Positions 1-9,533 of a stretch of 55,811 nucleotides of DNA are shown here, one piece after another. The DNA is from Thermoplasmata archaeon. Its GTDB lineage: Archaea; Thermoplasmatota; Thermoplasmata; Thermoplasmatales; Thermoplasmataceae. The notes beneath the pieces were generated by a model. It was not told the origin of the DNA. It worked only from the letters and a program-made list of their open reading frames with translations, and searched no databases. A program made the translations under genes and the position numbers. The first letter of the stretch is position 1. Every line of letters starts with the position of its first letter. The DNA lies in contig JAKADT010000001.1 in assembly GCA_021820245.1 (NCBI GenBank), forward strand, positions 1-55,811, given 5' to 3'.

Positions 1-23
1 CAGTTCTACTTTAAGAGTTTCGG

Positions 24-49
24 ACATAAGTACATAAGTACATAAGTAC
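24..49. repeat. 8-bp tandem repeat (ACATAAGT)x3 plus AC
   Basis: Seen directly: acataagt acataagt acataagt ac, just past the 3' end of the integrase remnant. Confidence 0.9.
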
Positions 50-89
50 CTTTTAACCTTTGTTATTTCTTTGAAAACATGCGACACAC

Positions 90-553
90 CTAATCCAGGT
101 ATGGTGGAAAACAAAGTGAGGTTACAAACCTAAACGGTTCCATATGCTCAGAGTTATGGTCCGTAACATCTCTCTCTTTTACATGAGTGTACCACTGAGT
201 GGATGAAAGTGATCTGTGGCCTAAATGGATTTGAACTTCCCTTATGTCGGGCCTCTTTCCCTGGGAATCCTTTTTAAGAGGGTTGTCGCACACCAGTGCC
301 TTGCTGCGTGTGCATGGAACTTTGGTATTTCAGCCTCGTTTGCAATGGATTTGACCATGTTTCTTGTCAAAGATGCCTTACTTCCTGTTTGAGGATGATG
401 TGAAACTTGGTGGCTTTTCTGGGATATCAGAAATAATCCAGCCCGGTAGCTCGGTGATGGGACAACGTTGTTATTGAAAAGTTCAGTGAAATCAATATCC
501 TGGTATACTTCACGTAAAAAAGCGCGTCCATGCACTGGGACAGTATAGGACAA
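90..553 (-). pseudogene. Tyrosine recombinase/integrase (XerD-like) C-terminal fragment, frameshifted
   Basis: ORF 242..553 carries the H-x-x-R motif (FHAHAARHWCATTLL). ORF 90..293 in another frame carries DIREVQIHLGHRSLSSTQWYTH with the catalytic H and Y. The N-terminus is missing. Confidence 0.85.
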
Positions 554-652
554 GACGCTGGCTTTGATTCATTCAATAATGAAAAACAGTTAGGTTGGTG
601 TCCAGTTAAGGATTAGTGTGAAAATGGAGGAGATCAGTAACCGATCTTACGT

Positions 653-1537
653 TTACTTAAACAGTTTCAACACCAGGAATAGAATGAATATTAATGTAAG
701 ATAAGGGCTTGAATACTTGAAGAGGGTAAACGAACTTTTTTGATCCTCCTTTCTTGCAAAGGATATCGCAAAGAAAATCAGTGGAACTGAGATAAGCGCC
801 ACAACAAGGATGTACGTTATTGAGTCTTCTCCAAAATAAAAAGGTAATATGGAAAAAGCTACTAAAAGCAGAGCAGAGAAGGAAATACATACAGCAGAAG
901 TCCTGTTTGAAAAAACAACTGGCAACATCGGTATCCTGGCACGTTTGTAATCTTCCTTGTACCGATAAGCAAGACTCCAGATGTGCACAGGTATCCACAC
1001 AACTACCAGGGTAAACAGTAACCATGGTATAATAGAAAATGCAGACGTTACTGTGTACCATCCAACGATGACTGGAAATCCTCCAGAGAATCCTCCAAGA
1101 ACAATACTCCAGGGAGTCCTGCGTTTAAGAAGATAGCTGTAAATTATAACATTATCTATTATCCCAACCGACATAAAACCGGCTGCAATGAACCTTCCGA
1201 ATGCCACAAGAATTAGGATGGAGGAGATCACTAAAATTAATCCTAGTCCCAGGCCTTTCAGGGGTGCAATCTCACCTGTGACTAATGGTCTGCGCCTTGT
1301 CCTGAGCATAATAGAGTCTATATCTCTGTCAATGTAGTTTGTGAGGGCCTCTGAACCGGCTGAACCAGCAATCAGGGAAACAATAGCTATAATAATCAGG
1401 TCAAAATAATTCACCCCAAAATTCCTGCTAGCGAGAACCGCACCGACTGCACCTACAAAAACTAACAACAACCATACCTTTGGCTTCGTGTACCTGAGAT
1501 ACAGCCACAATAGATTTAAGATCTTCATTCTGAACAT
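653..1537 (-). CDS. cyoE: Protoheme IX farnesyltransferase (heme O synthase), UbiA family
   Basis: NYIDRDIDSIMLRTRRRPL, YSYLLKRRTPWSIVLGG, WIPVHIWSLA and EDYKRARIPMLP motifs. Start could be ATG 1528. Confidence 0.95.
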   Translation of the reverse strand: MFRMKILNLLWLYLRYTKPKVWLLLVFVGAVGAVLASRNFGVNYFDLIIIAIVSLIAGSAGSEALTNYIDRDIDSIMLRTRRRPLVTGEIAPLKGLGLGLILVISSILILVAFGRFIAAGFMSVGIIDNVIIYSYLLKRRTPWSIVLGGFSGGFPVIVGWYTVTSAFSIIPWLLFTLVVVWIPVHIWSLAYRYKEDYKRARIPMLPVVFSNRTSAVCISFSALLLVAFSILPFYFGEDSITYILVVALISVPLIFFAISFARKEDQKSSFTLFKYSSPYLTLIFILFLVLKLFK

Positions 1538-1641
1538 TACCTACCGTTTAGTAAATATTAGATACTGACAGATTTTACTGTACCCTGATATATTAGTTTA
1601 ACTATTTAAATACACTCTATTGGTAACTATCTTGATGTCTA

Positions 1642-3048
1642 ATGACTGAACACAAGAAAACATCAGAGCCTGGACTTATGATGGTGCTCTTGAATGTTAA
1701 GTACAATATTTTAAGCATACTTACATTCATTTCGGTTTTTTTAGTAATAAGTCCGTTCCTTCCAGGTGTGAACTGGTTCCGTCTTGGTGATTTTACTCTC
1801 GACATGATAAATTTCTATCACACTGTCATGATCCCCTTTGTATTTTTACTGCTTTTATATGCCGCAGAGTTGCTTGAGTTGGGAACAACAACAAGAAGAA
1901 TTATCAATCTAAGTACATATCCCGTCCTATTTGTAACGGCCCTTGGGACTATCCTTTTTTACCCGACCAGCACCCAAACTGCGGATTATACTCTACAAGC
2001 AATAAGAGATTTGTGGATGGTTATTCTTGCTCTACTTTTTTTCGTGGATTTAATAGTGCTTCCATTCAAAAACAGGGAAAAAGTGAAGAAGATTTGGGGT
2101 GCATATGCACTTATAATAATCACGACCTTATCAGCCGGGATGGCCGCAATTATGGGGATGATCTTTGAGTATGGCACTTTGTTTGGCTATGCTTCCCTCC
2201 CCATCTTCAATAACTATGTCGCGAGCATAGGCGGCCTTCAAGTTTTCCTGGGCAACCTTATTACTTCCCATTCTCACGAAATGCTCCCCGCTGTGATGGG
2301 CGGTATAGTGGCACTTGCTGCAGTTAGTTTTGGTTATGAAAAACTACCCAGTTTCAAAAGGAATGCGGTAAATCTTGGAATGGTCGTTGCTGTCTTTGGA
2401 ACTATTTCTTTCACCTACCTATATGTGATATCATCGTTTGGCACCTACGCGATTCCTACTATTGCCCCGTTTGGCCCAGGTCAAATGAATGGATTAGCCC
2501 TTGACGACAGTCAAACGGGTATTGTTGGGTTAGGGGCCCTGATAGCAATAGTCGGGCTTTATTATGTGCTTTCTAAGAAACCAATCGATCGCCTCGTTCA
2601 ACTCTCGGAGTTGCTTACATGGGTTGCAACTATGGCAGTAATGATCGGAATTGGATACGCGATGGAATTTAACGAGGCATATTATGGATTTGGATCGCCT
2701 GGTGTTCCTCCAGGTGGTGGCCCAGGGTACAAATATGACATGGCATTTACTGATGGTCACCTGCTTTTCGCTTTCTTCATGATGCCTCTTTTAGCAGGGA
2801 TAATACTTATCATGATACATTACATACATGAAAATGAAAAGGAAAGGAGAATCATCGTTTATCTCATTGGTGCTGGAACAATAATAGGAGCGTTTGGACT
2901 TTTAACTTATGTGATAACCTTATTCTGGCTTCCTGAGGCAATCGGTCTTTCATTGTTGGTGATAGCCATAATAATAACGACCTTTACACTGTCCAGGTCC
3001 TCTATCGATAAAAAGAATGCAAACCTGAGTTCTAGCGTTAAAGAATGA
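1642..3048 (+). CDS. Uncharacterised ~12-TM membrane protein with intramembrane His (H60, H210/H212, H373); heme-copper oxidase subunit I/NnrS-like fold suspected
   Basis: 468-aa hydrophobic ORF divergent from cyoE; motifs FYHTVMIP, SHSHEML and FTDGHLLFAFFMMP. Confidence 0.75.
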   Translation: MTEHKKTSEPGLMMVLLNVKYNILSILTFISVFLVISPFLPGVNWFRLGDFTLDMINFYHTVMIPFVFLLLLYAAELLELGTTTRRIINLSTYPVLFVTALGTILFYPTSTQTADYTLQAIRDLWMVILALLFFVDLIVLPFKNREKVKKIWGAYALIIITTLSAGMAAIMGMIFEYGTLFGYASLPIFNNYVASIGGLQVFLGNLITSHSHEMLPAVMGGIVALAAVSFGYEKLPSFKRNAVNLGMVVAVFGTISFTYLYVISSFGTYAIPTIAPFGPGQMNGLALDDSQTGIVGLGALIAIVGLYYVLSKKPIDRLVQLSELLTWVATMAVMIGIGYAMEFNEAYYGFGSPGVPPGGGPGYKYDMAFTDGHLLFAFFMMPLLAGIILIMIHYIHENEKERRIIVYLIGAGTIIGAFGLLTYVITLFWLPEAIGLSLLVIAIIITTFTLSRSSIDKKNANLSSSVKE

Positions 3049-3304
3049 TCGACCCCCTACCTTTATTTTGAGCAGGTCTCAATGAAATATTTTGAAATCA
3101 ACAGATTATTATTTCTTCACATAAGCCCCACAATTGAATAGTAACCTTAACTCCCTCTTTTTTATATAACAGATCTATTTCTGGATTTTTGAAGTTTCTT
3201 TCTGAGATGTTATTTTACGAACTGTGATAATGATTGCGAATACTCAAATATTGATATATATAGCACGTATATATACCCGCCATGAATAGTATTCCCAATA
3301 GGCT

Positions 3305-3496
3305 ATGAAAAATAAGATGAAGGGTGTGCATATCAGGAACTTTGGTGATCATTACCATGCGTATCGGTCAAGATCCATCTATGACAAGAAAACAAAGAAG
3401 ACAAAGACACTTCCGGGAAAGTATCTTGGCGTTGTTACACATCATGGGATAGTGAAGAAGAGTGAAATAGTGGGCATAAGATCTGATCATACCTGA
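3305..3496 (+). mobile_element. Truncated transposase N-terminus (IS1634/IS4-like)
   Basis: YRSRSIYDKKTKKTKTLPGKYLGVVT resembles the N-terminus of Thermoplasmatales DDE transposases; truncated at 63 aa. Confidence 0.6.
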
Positions 3497-3649
3497 TGGA
3501 ATAAACTCAAAGATCGCAACCATAGAAAGGATGGCATTCAAGTACAGAAACAGGGGGCACCTGAAGACTGCTATATACTTCAGGTGTGCTAATCTACAGC
3601 TTTACCCATGAACCCATATAAAAGAGCGATGACCCGATTCAATAATGTA

Positions 3650-4744
3650 CTATTTCTGACTCAGTCGCAATGAATCAGAGTTATATTTTATCAGTGAAAT
3701 TACTCTGAATACCGGATGAATGAACTTTGAAAAAGGAGCGAGCAGAAAAACAACGATTATCAGCGCGTCATGTATTATAAAATTCCAGTTAAACAGAGTT
3801 GTACCAAAAGAGACCGGAACGATTATTCCTGTTATGCCTGCAAAGAATAGCAATATTGTGAACGGGTAATCTATTGATGATTGCACATCACTTCTGGACC
3901 CTTTACTTTCCTTGAGATGTATATAAATCATGCCTGCAGTACCAAGAGTAACAGCAATAGAGCCTATAAGATACGCTATGGCAAAATAACCCGTAATATC
4001 TGGATAAAATGAAATTGAAACAAGGGCGGTTATAAATCCGAAGAATACCAGTGAGTGCATTGTCACACGCATATATCTGCTATTATGGTTAGGAACCTTG
4101 CACCCTTCACCTCCTCCAAGGAAATTCTTGTGAAATATTGCATCACGAATACCCTTTCCAAGACCTGACACGCTCAGATGTTCTTTCTGATTGATCTTTG
4201 ACCAGTAAGCGATACCTTCCCAGGACCATAGTGTTATTGTGTAAAGATAAACAAGTATGGTTGCAGATTTAAAAAGTGTGACAGGAATAACAGTTGTCAT
4301 AGGCAGAGATGAAAAACTGTCAACCCCAAAAGAAAAAGCTGCATATGCTATTGAGATTGCAACGGCAATAATTGTGGAAGTGGCCGTTACCAGTATGGGC
4401 TTTTCCAAAGCGAAACCAAAAAACCGTGGTTTGAGGTTATCTTTGTAAGTCTCTACCCTTACCTGTCCAAGAACCTTGGGAATGTTCAGTTTGAAGTCAT
4501 GTTCTGGTTCATTGTATGGGCATGCATAATAGCAATCTCTGCAGTCATGGCAGAGATTTGATAGATGGTAAATATCCCCCTCATTTAGTATGGATTTGAA
4601 TTCTATGGCATCCCACACTGCGCAGTAACCTTCGCAATAACGGCAGGCGTTGCAAATGGAGAGTTGTCTCATTGCTTCAGATACTTTAGCATTTTGTTCA
4701 CTCGTTGTCCCATCCCCCTGCAAGTCTACCCAATGTTGTCCCAA
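3650..4744 (-). CDS. tcuB: Tricarballylate utilisation 4Fe-4S membrane protein TcuB-like
   Basis: RQLSICNACRYCEGYCAVW and NLCHDCRDCYYACPY ferredoxin motifs; membrane part with His (MHSLVFFGF, PFSKFIHP); overlaps the tcuA end. Exact start uncertain. Confidence 0.9.
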   Translation of the reverse strand: MGQHWVDLQGDGTTSEQNAKVSEAMRQLSICNACRYCEGYCAVWDAIEFKSILNEGDIYHLSNLCHDCRDCYYACPYNEPEHDFKLNIPKVLGQVRVETYKDNLKPRFFGFALEKPILVTATSTIIAVAISIAYAAFSFGVDSFSSLPMTTVIPVTLFKSATILVYLYTITLWSWEGIAYWSKINQKEHLSVSGLGKGIRDAIFHKNFLGGGEGCKVPNHNSRYMRVTMHSLVFFGFITALVSISFYPDITGYFAIAYLIGSIAVTLGTAGMIYIHLKESKGSRSDVQSSIDYPFTILLFFAGITGIIVPVSFGTTLFNWNFIIHDALIIVVFLLAPFSKFIHPVFRVISLIKYNSDSLRLSQK

Positions 4745-6053
4745 TCGTTAATCCAAATCCGGCAAGATACCCTGATCTCAGTACATTTCCTGAAGCAATC
4801 TCTCCGGCAGCAAAGGCGTTTTCAAGCTCCCCATCCTTGAGGATTATTCTTCCAGTCGTATTGATTCTCACACCCTGGTAAGTGAACGTTAGCCCAGGCG
4901 AAAGAGGATATGCATGAAATGGCGGAGTCTTTATAGGCATTGCCCAATGGGATTTCGGTATCCGCATTTCCTTTTGAGACCAGTTAAAAGGATCTTCATT
5001 GACTTTTTTGATTCCCCTGTTGAAATCTGAAATCAATCCAACAAGTTTATCCGGATCCTGCCCAACCACTGCAGCAAGTTCCTCTAAAGAGTTGGCATCC
5101 ATTGACGGATAGGCTGTTGGCATAAACTTTCCAATGGCTTCATTGTCAATTATAACAAAACACATCTGGGATTCCTGTTCAGCAACCAATCTCCCCCATA
5201 TTGCGTATCGTTTTGGCCATATGTCTTCACCCTCATCATAGAATCTGTCACCTTTCTTGTTTATAACAATTCCCCAGGGAATCGCGTCAATTCTGCTGAC
5301 AATACCGGAATCATATTCTGGACTTCTTGAATCAACTGCAACCATGTGACCGGCCTTTTCAACTCCACATAAGATAGCACCATGTTCAATAAGTTGTTTA
5401 AGAGGGATTCCTGTATTGAACTTACTGCCCCTAATCTTTATGTTTTTTGTGCCTTCACCCCAAAACTGTGATAACCAGTCCTTGTTGCCCTCGTATCCAC
5501 CTGAGGCAAAAATGTACTTGTCTGCCTCTAACTCCCTTTCAGAATGGCCATTCTTTATGGTCAGGCTCCTAACTGCACCCTTGGAAATTTTGATTGATGA
5601 TACAGTTGCGTTGTATAGCACTCTTACCCCCAGTTTTTCTATTAGTTCATAATATGTGTCAACCAGGACTTTTCCACCGCCCATAAAAAAAGCGTTGGTT
5701 CTTGAAAGGTTAAGAGTCCCACGGATTTCTTTCTTGAAAGTTATGTTGTGGCTCTGCATCCAGTTTGCCATTTCTTCTGATCTGTCAATCACAAGGTTTG
5801 CAACTTCTCTATTGTCAAAACTACCGGATACTGCGAGCAGATCCTCCTTTAATTCGTCCTTTGGATAACTTCCTGAAGTGAACTCGTCTTCGTCGTGAGC
5901 ATATCTTATATCTCTTGTGTACTTTGAATTGCCTCCTCTTGAGCTCTGAGGAGATCCTTCAATCAAAGTAACTTTGTCCCCTCGTTCCGAAGATTCTATG
6001 GCACTGCATAAAGCCGCATTTCCTCCTCCAACAACTATGACATTCCTTCCCAT
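4698..6053 (-). CDS. tcuA: FAD-dependent tricarballylate dehydrogenase TcuA-like
   Basis: VVGGGNAALCSA, RGGNSKYTRD, LSRTNAFFMGGGK, RFYDEGEDIWPKRYAIWGRLVA and GYLAGFGLTIG, all characteristic of TcuA/CobZ; adjacent to tcuB. Confidence 0.92.
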   Translation of the reverse strand: MGRNVIVVGGGNAALCSAIESSERGDKVTLIEGSPQSSRGGNSKYTRDIRYAHDEDEFTSGSYPKDELKEDLLAVSGSFDNREVANLVIDRSEEMANWMQSHNITFKKEIRGTLNLSRTNAFFMGGGKVLVDTYYELIEKLGVRVLYNATVSSIKISKGAVRSLTIKNGHSERELEADKYIFASGGYEGNKDWLSQFWGEGTKNIKIRGSKFNTGIPLKQLIEHGAILCGVEKAGHMVAVDSRSPEYDSGIVSRIDAIPWGIVINKKGDRFYDEGEDIWPKRYAIWGRLVAEQESQMCFVIIDNEAIGKFMPTAYPSMDANSLEELAAVVGQDPDKLVGLISDFNRGIKKVNEDPFNWSQKEMRIPKSHWAMPIKTPPFHAYPLSPGLTFTYQGVRINTTGRIILKDGELENAFAAGEIASGNVLRSGYLAGFGLTIGTTLGRLAGGWDNE

Positions 6054-6196
6054 TTACTTGGGCATTTAACCCTCTGATGTTTTTATGTTTTTGGATTCTT
6101 CAAACTTTCATCTAACGTGACTTTACACTCATTTTATTTTAGTTGACATTGAAGCGGCATTTTTCACCACTTTCCAAACACTATGGTGTGGGTGCA

Positions 6197-6519
6197 CTAA
6201 TCCTTTACCATGCTTTCCAGGTCCATTGCCTTTCTGATCAATTTAGAGATATCTGATTTACACTCCATTCTCACTGTTACACTCTTCACTCTTGCCATTA
6301 CCTTATCCATCCGTTTCATGAACTTTGCCCTTCTTCTCTTCTCAAGGGACTGTGAATGGTACAGTATGATCCTGTGTTCCCTCCCGTATACATTCCTGGA
6401 AAGTTCAATATGGGAATCATTTTCAACAGAAAGTTCCATGATGTCATGGTGATCGGACTTTTCCAGAACATTATTTTATTCCTTGTTAAGTCTTTAAAAT
6501 ATGTCGAATAACTTTTCAT
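6197..6519 (-). mobile_element. Transposase remnant (IS1634-like)
   Basis: RNVYGREHRIILYHSQSLEKRRRAKF segment; two overlapping broken frames. Confidence 0.6.
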
Positions 6520-6567
6520 TTAGAACCAAATTTTAACAGGTTAGAATGGAGCTATAAATATTTCATA

Positions 6568-7941
6568 ATGTTGTATATTAACATGGTAGAGCATGATTCT
6601 AAAACGGAGAACATAGCTGGTAGACTGGAAAGGCTACCCTTCAGCAGATTTCATGTGAAATTTGCTCTAATGTTGACCAGCGGAGAGTGGGCTGAGAGCC
6701 TTATGCTATTGGGTAATGGTGCCATACTAGGACTTGTTGCTGCAACCTTTGGGTTGACCGGAAATCTTTCAATATACGCACTTCCGGCTTTCTTCTTTAT
6801 AGGAGAATTTCTAGGGTCAATCTTCTTTGGAAGACTTGCCGATACACGAGGCAGAAAAGCTGTGTTCCTGTATAACCAGCTGATTTTTGGTATGGGAATG
6901 ATCATAGCAGGATTCATGATGGACTGGCAGTTGGTTGCCATTTTCGTGCTTATTGGGGGTATTGGGGTTGGAGGAGAATTTCCTCTTGTGGATAGTTACG
7001 GTACCGAAGTGTTCACTGGAAAGCACAGAGGAGCCTGGCTTGCTCTTATATACACAATTGCAGTCACAGCCGCCCCATTGATCATTTACATCACCTCCCT
7101 TACTGCCAATGCAGGTTATTATTCATTCAGAATACCTCTCTGGTTTATGGGTTCAGCCGGTATAGCAGTATGGATTATCAGATTCAGGTTGAAAGAATCT
7201 CCCCGGTGGCTTGCAAACCACGGAAAGATGAAAGAAGCCGAAGGAATGATGGACGACATAGAGGAAGAGGTTAAAAAAGAAACTGGAAACAAGGAACTTC
7301 CACCGATTTCAGACAATCTCGAAGTGCCGGTCCAGGTCTCGAGATACAAGGACATATTTGCAAAGGACGTCCGTAAAACAACAATAATGATGGCTATATT
7401 CATGTTTTTCCAGTCTGGAATTTTTTACGGTTTTGTGATCTTCGCACCGAATCTTGTAAAAATAGCATACCCAAAGAGCGACCCACTTGGTGGAGCTGCC
7501 GTAATATTCTCAGGATTCGTTGTAGGGAGTATATTCAATATATTCATAATTGACAGGATCGAAAGAAAGTGGGGAATCATCTTGTTTGCAGTACTTGGAG
7601 GAGTGTTTGGTACTTTCTTTGCAGTGATACATGGGTTTGATCAGGTAGTCATTTTTGGATTTCTGACAGCTTTTATGCTCTGGAACTTTTCCAATTTCAT
7701 GCATCAGTACAACGCTGAAATATTCCCAACCAGGGTAAGAACAACGGCAGCGGGATTCGTCTATTCTATAAGCAGGATATCCACTACGATTCTTGTGCTT
7801 TTCATAGTGTTATTCATCGGAGCGCACAATGCACCAGGCATATTTGCATTTGTGTGGATACTTGTCATAATCGTTTCATTAGTGCTCATAGTTCTTGGTC
7901 CCAAGAGCACAAGGAGGTATGTGGAACAGATAGCCAACTGA
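6568..7941 (+). CDS. MFS transporter (organic/aromatic acid:H+ symporter-like)
   Basis: RLERLP N-terminus, GRLADTRGRK motif A, ESPRWL and EIFPTRVRTTA; 12 TM. Start may be ATG 6583. Confidence 0.9.
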   Translation: MLYINMVEHDSKTENIAGRLERLPFSRFHVKFALMLTSGEWAESLMLLGNGAILGLVAATFGLTGNLSIYALPAFFFIGEFLGSIFFGRLADTRGRKAVFLYNQLIFGMGMIIAGFMMDWQLVAIFVLIGGIGVGGEFPLVDSYGTEVFTGKHRGAWLALIYTIAVTAAPLIIYITSLTANAGYYSFRIPLWFMGSAGIAVWIIRFRLKESPRWLANHGKMKEAEGMMDDIEEEVKKETGNKELPPISDNLEVPVQVSRYKDIFAKDVRKTTIMMAIFMFFQSGIFYGFVIFAPNLVKIAYPKSDPLGGAAVIFSGFVVGSIFNIFIIDRIERKWGIILFAVLGGVFGTFFAVIHGFDQVVIFGFLTAFMLWNFSNFMHQYNAEIFPTRVRTTAAGFVYSISRISTTILVLFIVLFIGAHNAPGIFAFVWILVIIVSLVLIVLGPKSTRRYVEQIAN

Positions 7942-8486
7942 GAAACCCATAAAATTTTCTCATTTTTTTATGATGCCTTTAATGGTTTGCGGAATTAGTA
8001 AAACGCAGCCATTATCAAACTTTTATTATTACGGCGTTGAATTCAACCCCTAACGCTGGTTTTTTCATTTCTGATAGATCTCCATGGTCAGGAATCTGGA
8101 GTGCCTTTCCAAATATATTTTGACATTTTCATTCATCGCTGTATTATTTCTATTGTTTCATTGGGTTTCTGCAAAGGTGTGAACGCGTGTACCGCAGTGT
8201 TAGATTCGATCGTAAAGTTTCACATCGCGTTTTATGGTCTTAAATAGAACATATAGATCGTCCACTGTCTATATCTTCCGAAAGCTCTAACCCTGTTCTT
8301 CCTGCTGATCTCAATAGGCAGGAAACGGGGGAAGTACTCAGAGAATATCATTATTCAAGGTTGTTGTAACCCTGCAAGATGTGGCCCGTTAAGGATTAAA
8401 GACTCTCATCTTTAGCCTCGGAGTGGTTAATATACTATCTAATCCATTAGAGTAGAACTTTATATAAATCCCGTAAATTTTCTCCC

Positions 8487-9533
8487 ATGATTACCGACGA
8501 TACACTGAGGGAAGGAATGCAGGCTCCAGGAATGAGCTTCAGCATAGAGGAAAAGAAACAACTATCACGAAAAATAGCTGACTGTGGAATAGAAAGAATA
8601 TTATTATCGTATCCTCCGGCCCATAAATCAGAGTGGGAGATTGCAAAATATGTCTCTTCAGAAAATATATTCAAAAGAGTATACGGCCTTGGAAGGGCGA
8701 TCCGGAAGGATATTGATAACATATATTCCACAGGATGCCATATTTCCCTGCACTTTCCGTTCGTGTATGATAATCTGGAAGATGTTTTTGAGGCCATCAA
8801 ATATGCAGTATCAATTGATCCATATACTGAAGTCTCTGTTGTGGATATCACGCAGTACAAATTGAATGATCTAGTGAAGATCATAATGAGGCTTTCAGAC
8901 ATCGGTGTTGAAACCATTCAGCTACCGGATACCATGGGAAAATCCAGACCAAGATCCATCGGTGAAATTGTACGGGAGGCAAAGAAAACCTCTGACTCGA
9001 AAATTGAAGTGCACTGCCACAATGATCAGGGATTTTCTCTTGCAAATGCCATAGCAGGAATTGAATCAGGTGCGGATTTTGTAGACACAACCTTTCTTGG
9101 AATTGGCGAGAGGAATGGTATAACCGATGCGTTTTCTATGGCCCAGTACCTGATGGACAATGGTTTCATGGACAAAACTTCTCTGGAAAGAATGAGAAAA
9201 CTCTCCGAGGAGATTCGGGATATTGTTGTAAAAAAGGCAGGCATTTCTTTCTTCATGAATAACATTCCCAACATAGGTAACAATATAATAACCCATACTG
9301 CTGGAACACATGCAGCGTTCTCCGGTGTATTTGGGGGAGAAAATTTTTCAGTAAATGCATACACGGGAAGATCCATGATAAAGCGCATTCTGGCGTCGTA
9401 CAAGCTTGATTTAGGAGAGGAGAAACTATCCAGACTCATGGATACTTTAAAAACCAGGTCCTCTGACGAGGGGAGGGTCATTCCCACTGATGAAATTATT
9501 GAGGAGGCTCGCAAGTATGTACAGAGTAATTGA
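8487..9533 (+). CDS. DRE-TIM metallolyase (homocitrate/citramalate/isopropylmalate synthase-like), divergent
   Basis: DDTLREGMQ, LPDTMG, HCHNDQG and GIGERNG; no LeuA regulatory domain. TATA-like tatataaa lies ~25 nt upstream. Confidence 0.85.
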   Translation: MITDDTLREGMQAPGMSFSIEEKKQLSRKIADCGIERILLSYPPAHKSEWEIAKYVSSENIFKRVYGLGRAIRKDIDNIYSTGCHISLHFPFVYDNLEDVFEAIKYAVSIDPYTEVSVVDITQYKLNDLVKIIMRLSDIGVETIQLPDTMGKSRPRSIGEIVREAKKTSDSKIEVHCHNDQGFSLANAIAGIESGADFVDTTFLGIGERNGITDAFSMAQYLMDNGFMDKTSLERMRKLSEEIRDIVVKKAGISFFMNNIPNIGNNIITHTAGTHAAFSGVFGGENFSVNAYTGRSMIKRILASYKLDLGEEKLSRLMDTLKTRSSDEGRVIPTDEIIEEARKYVQSN

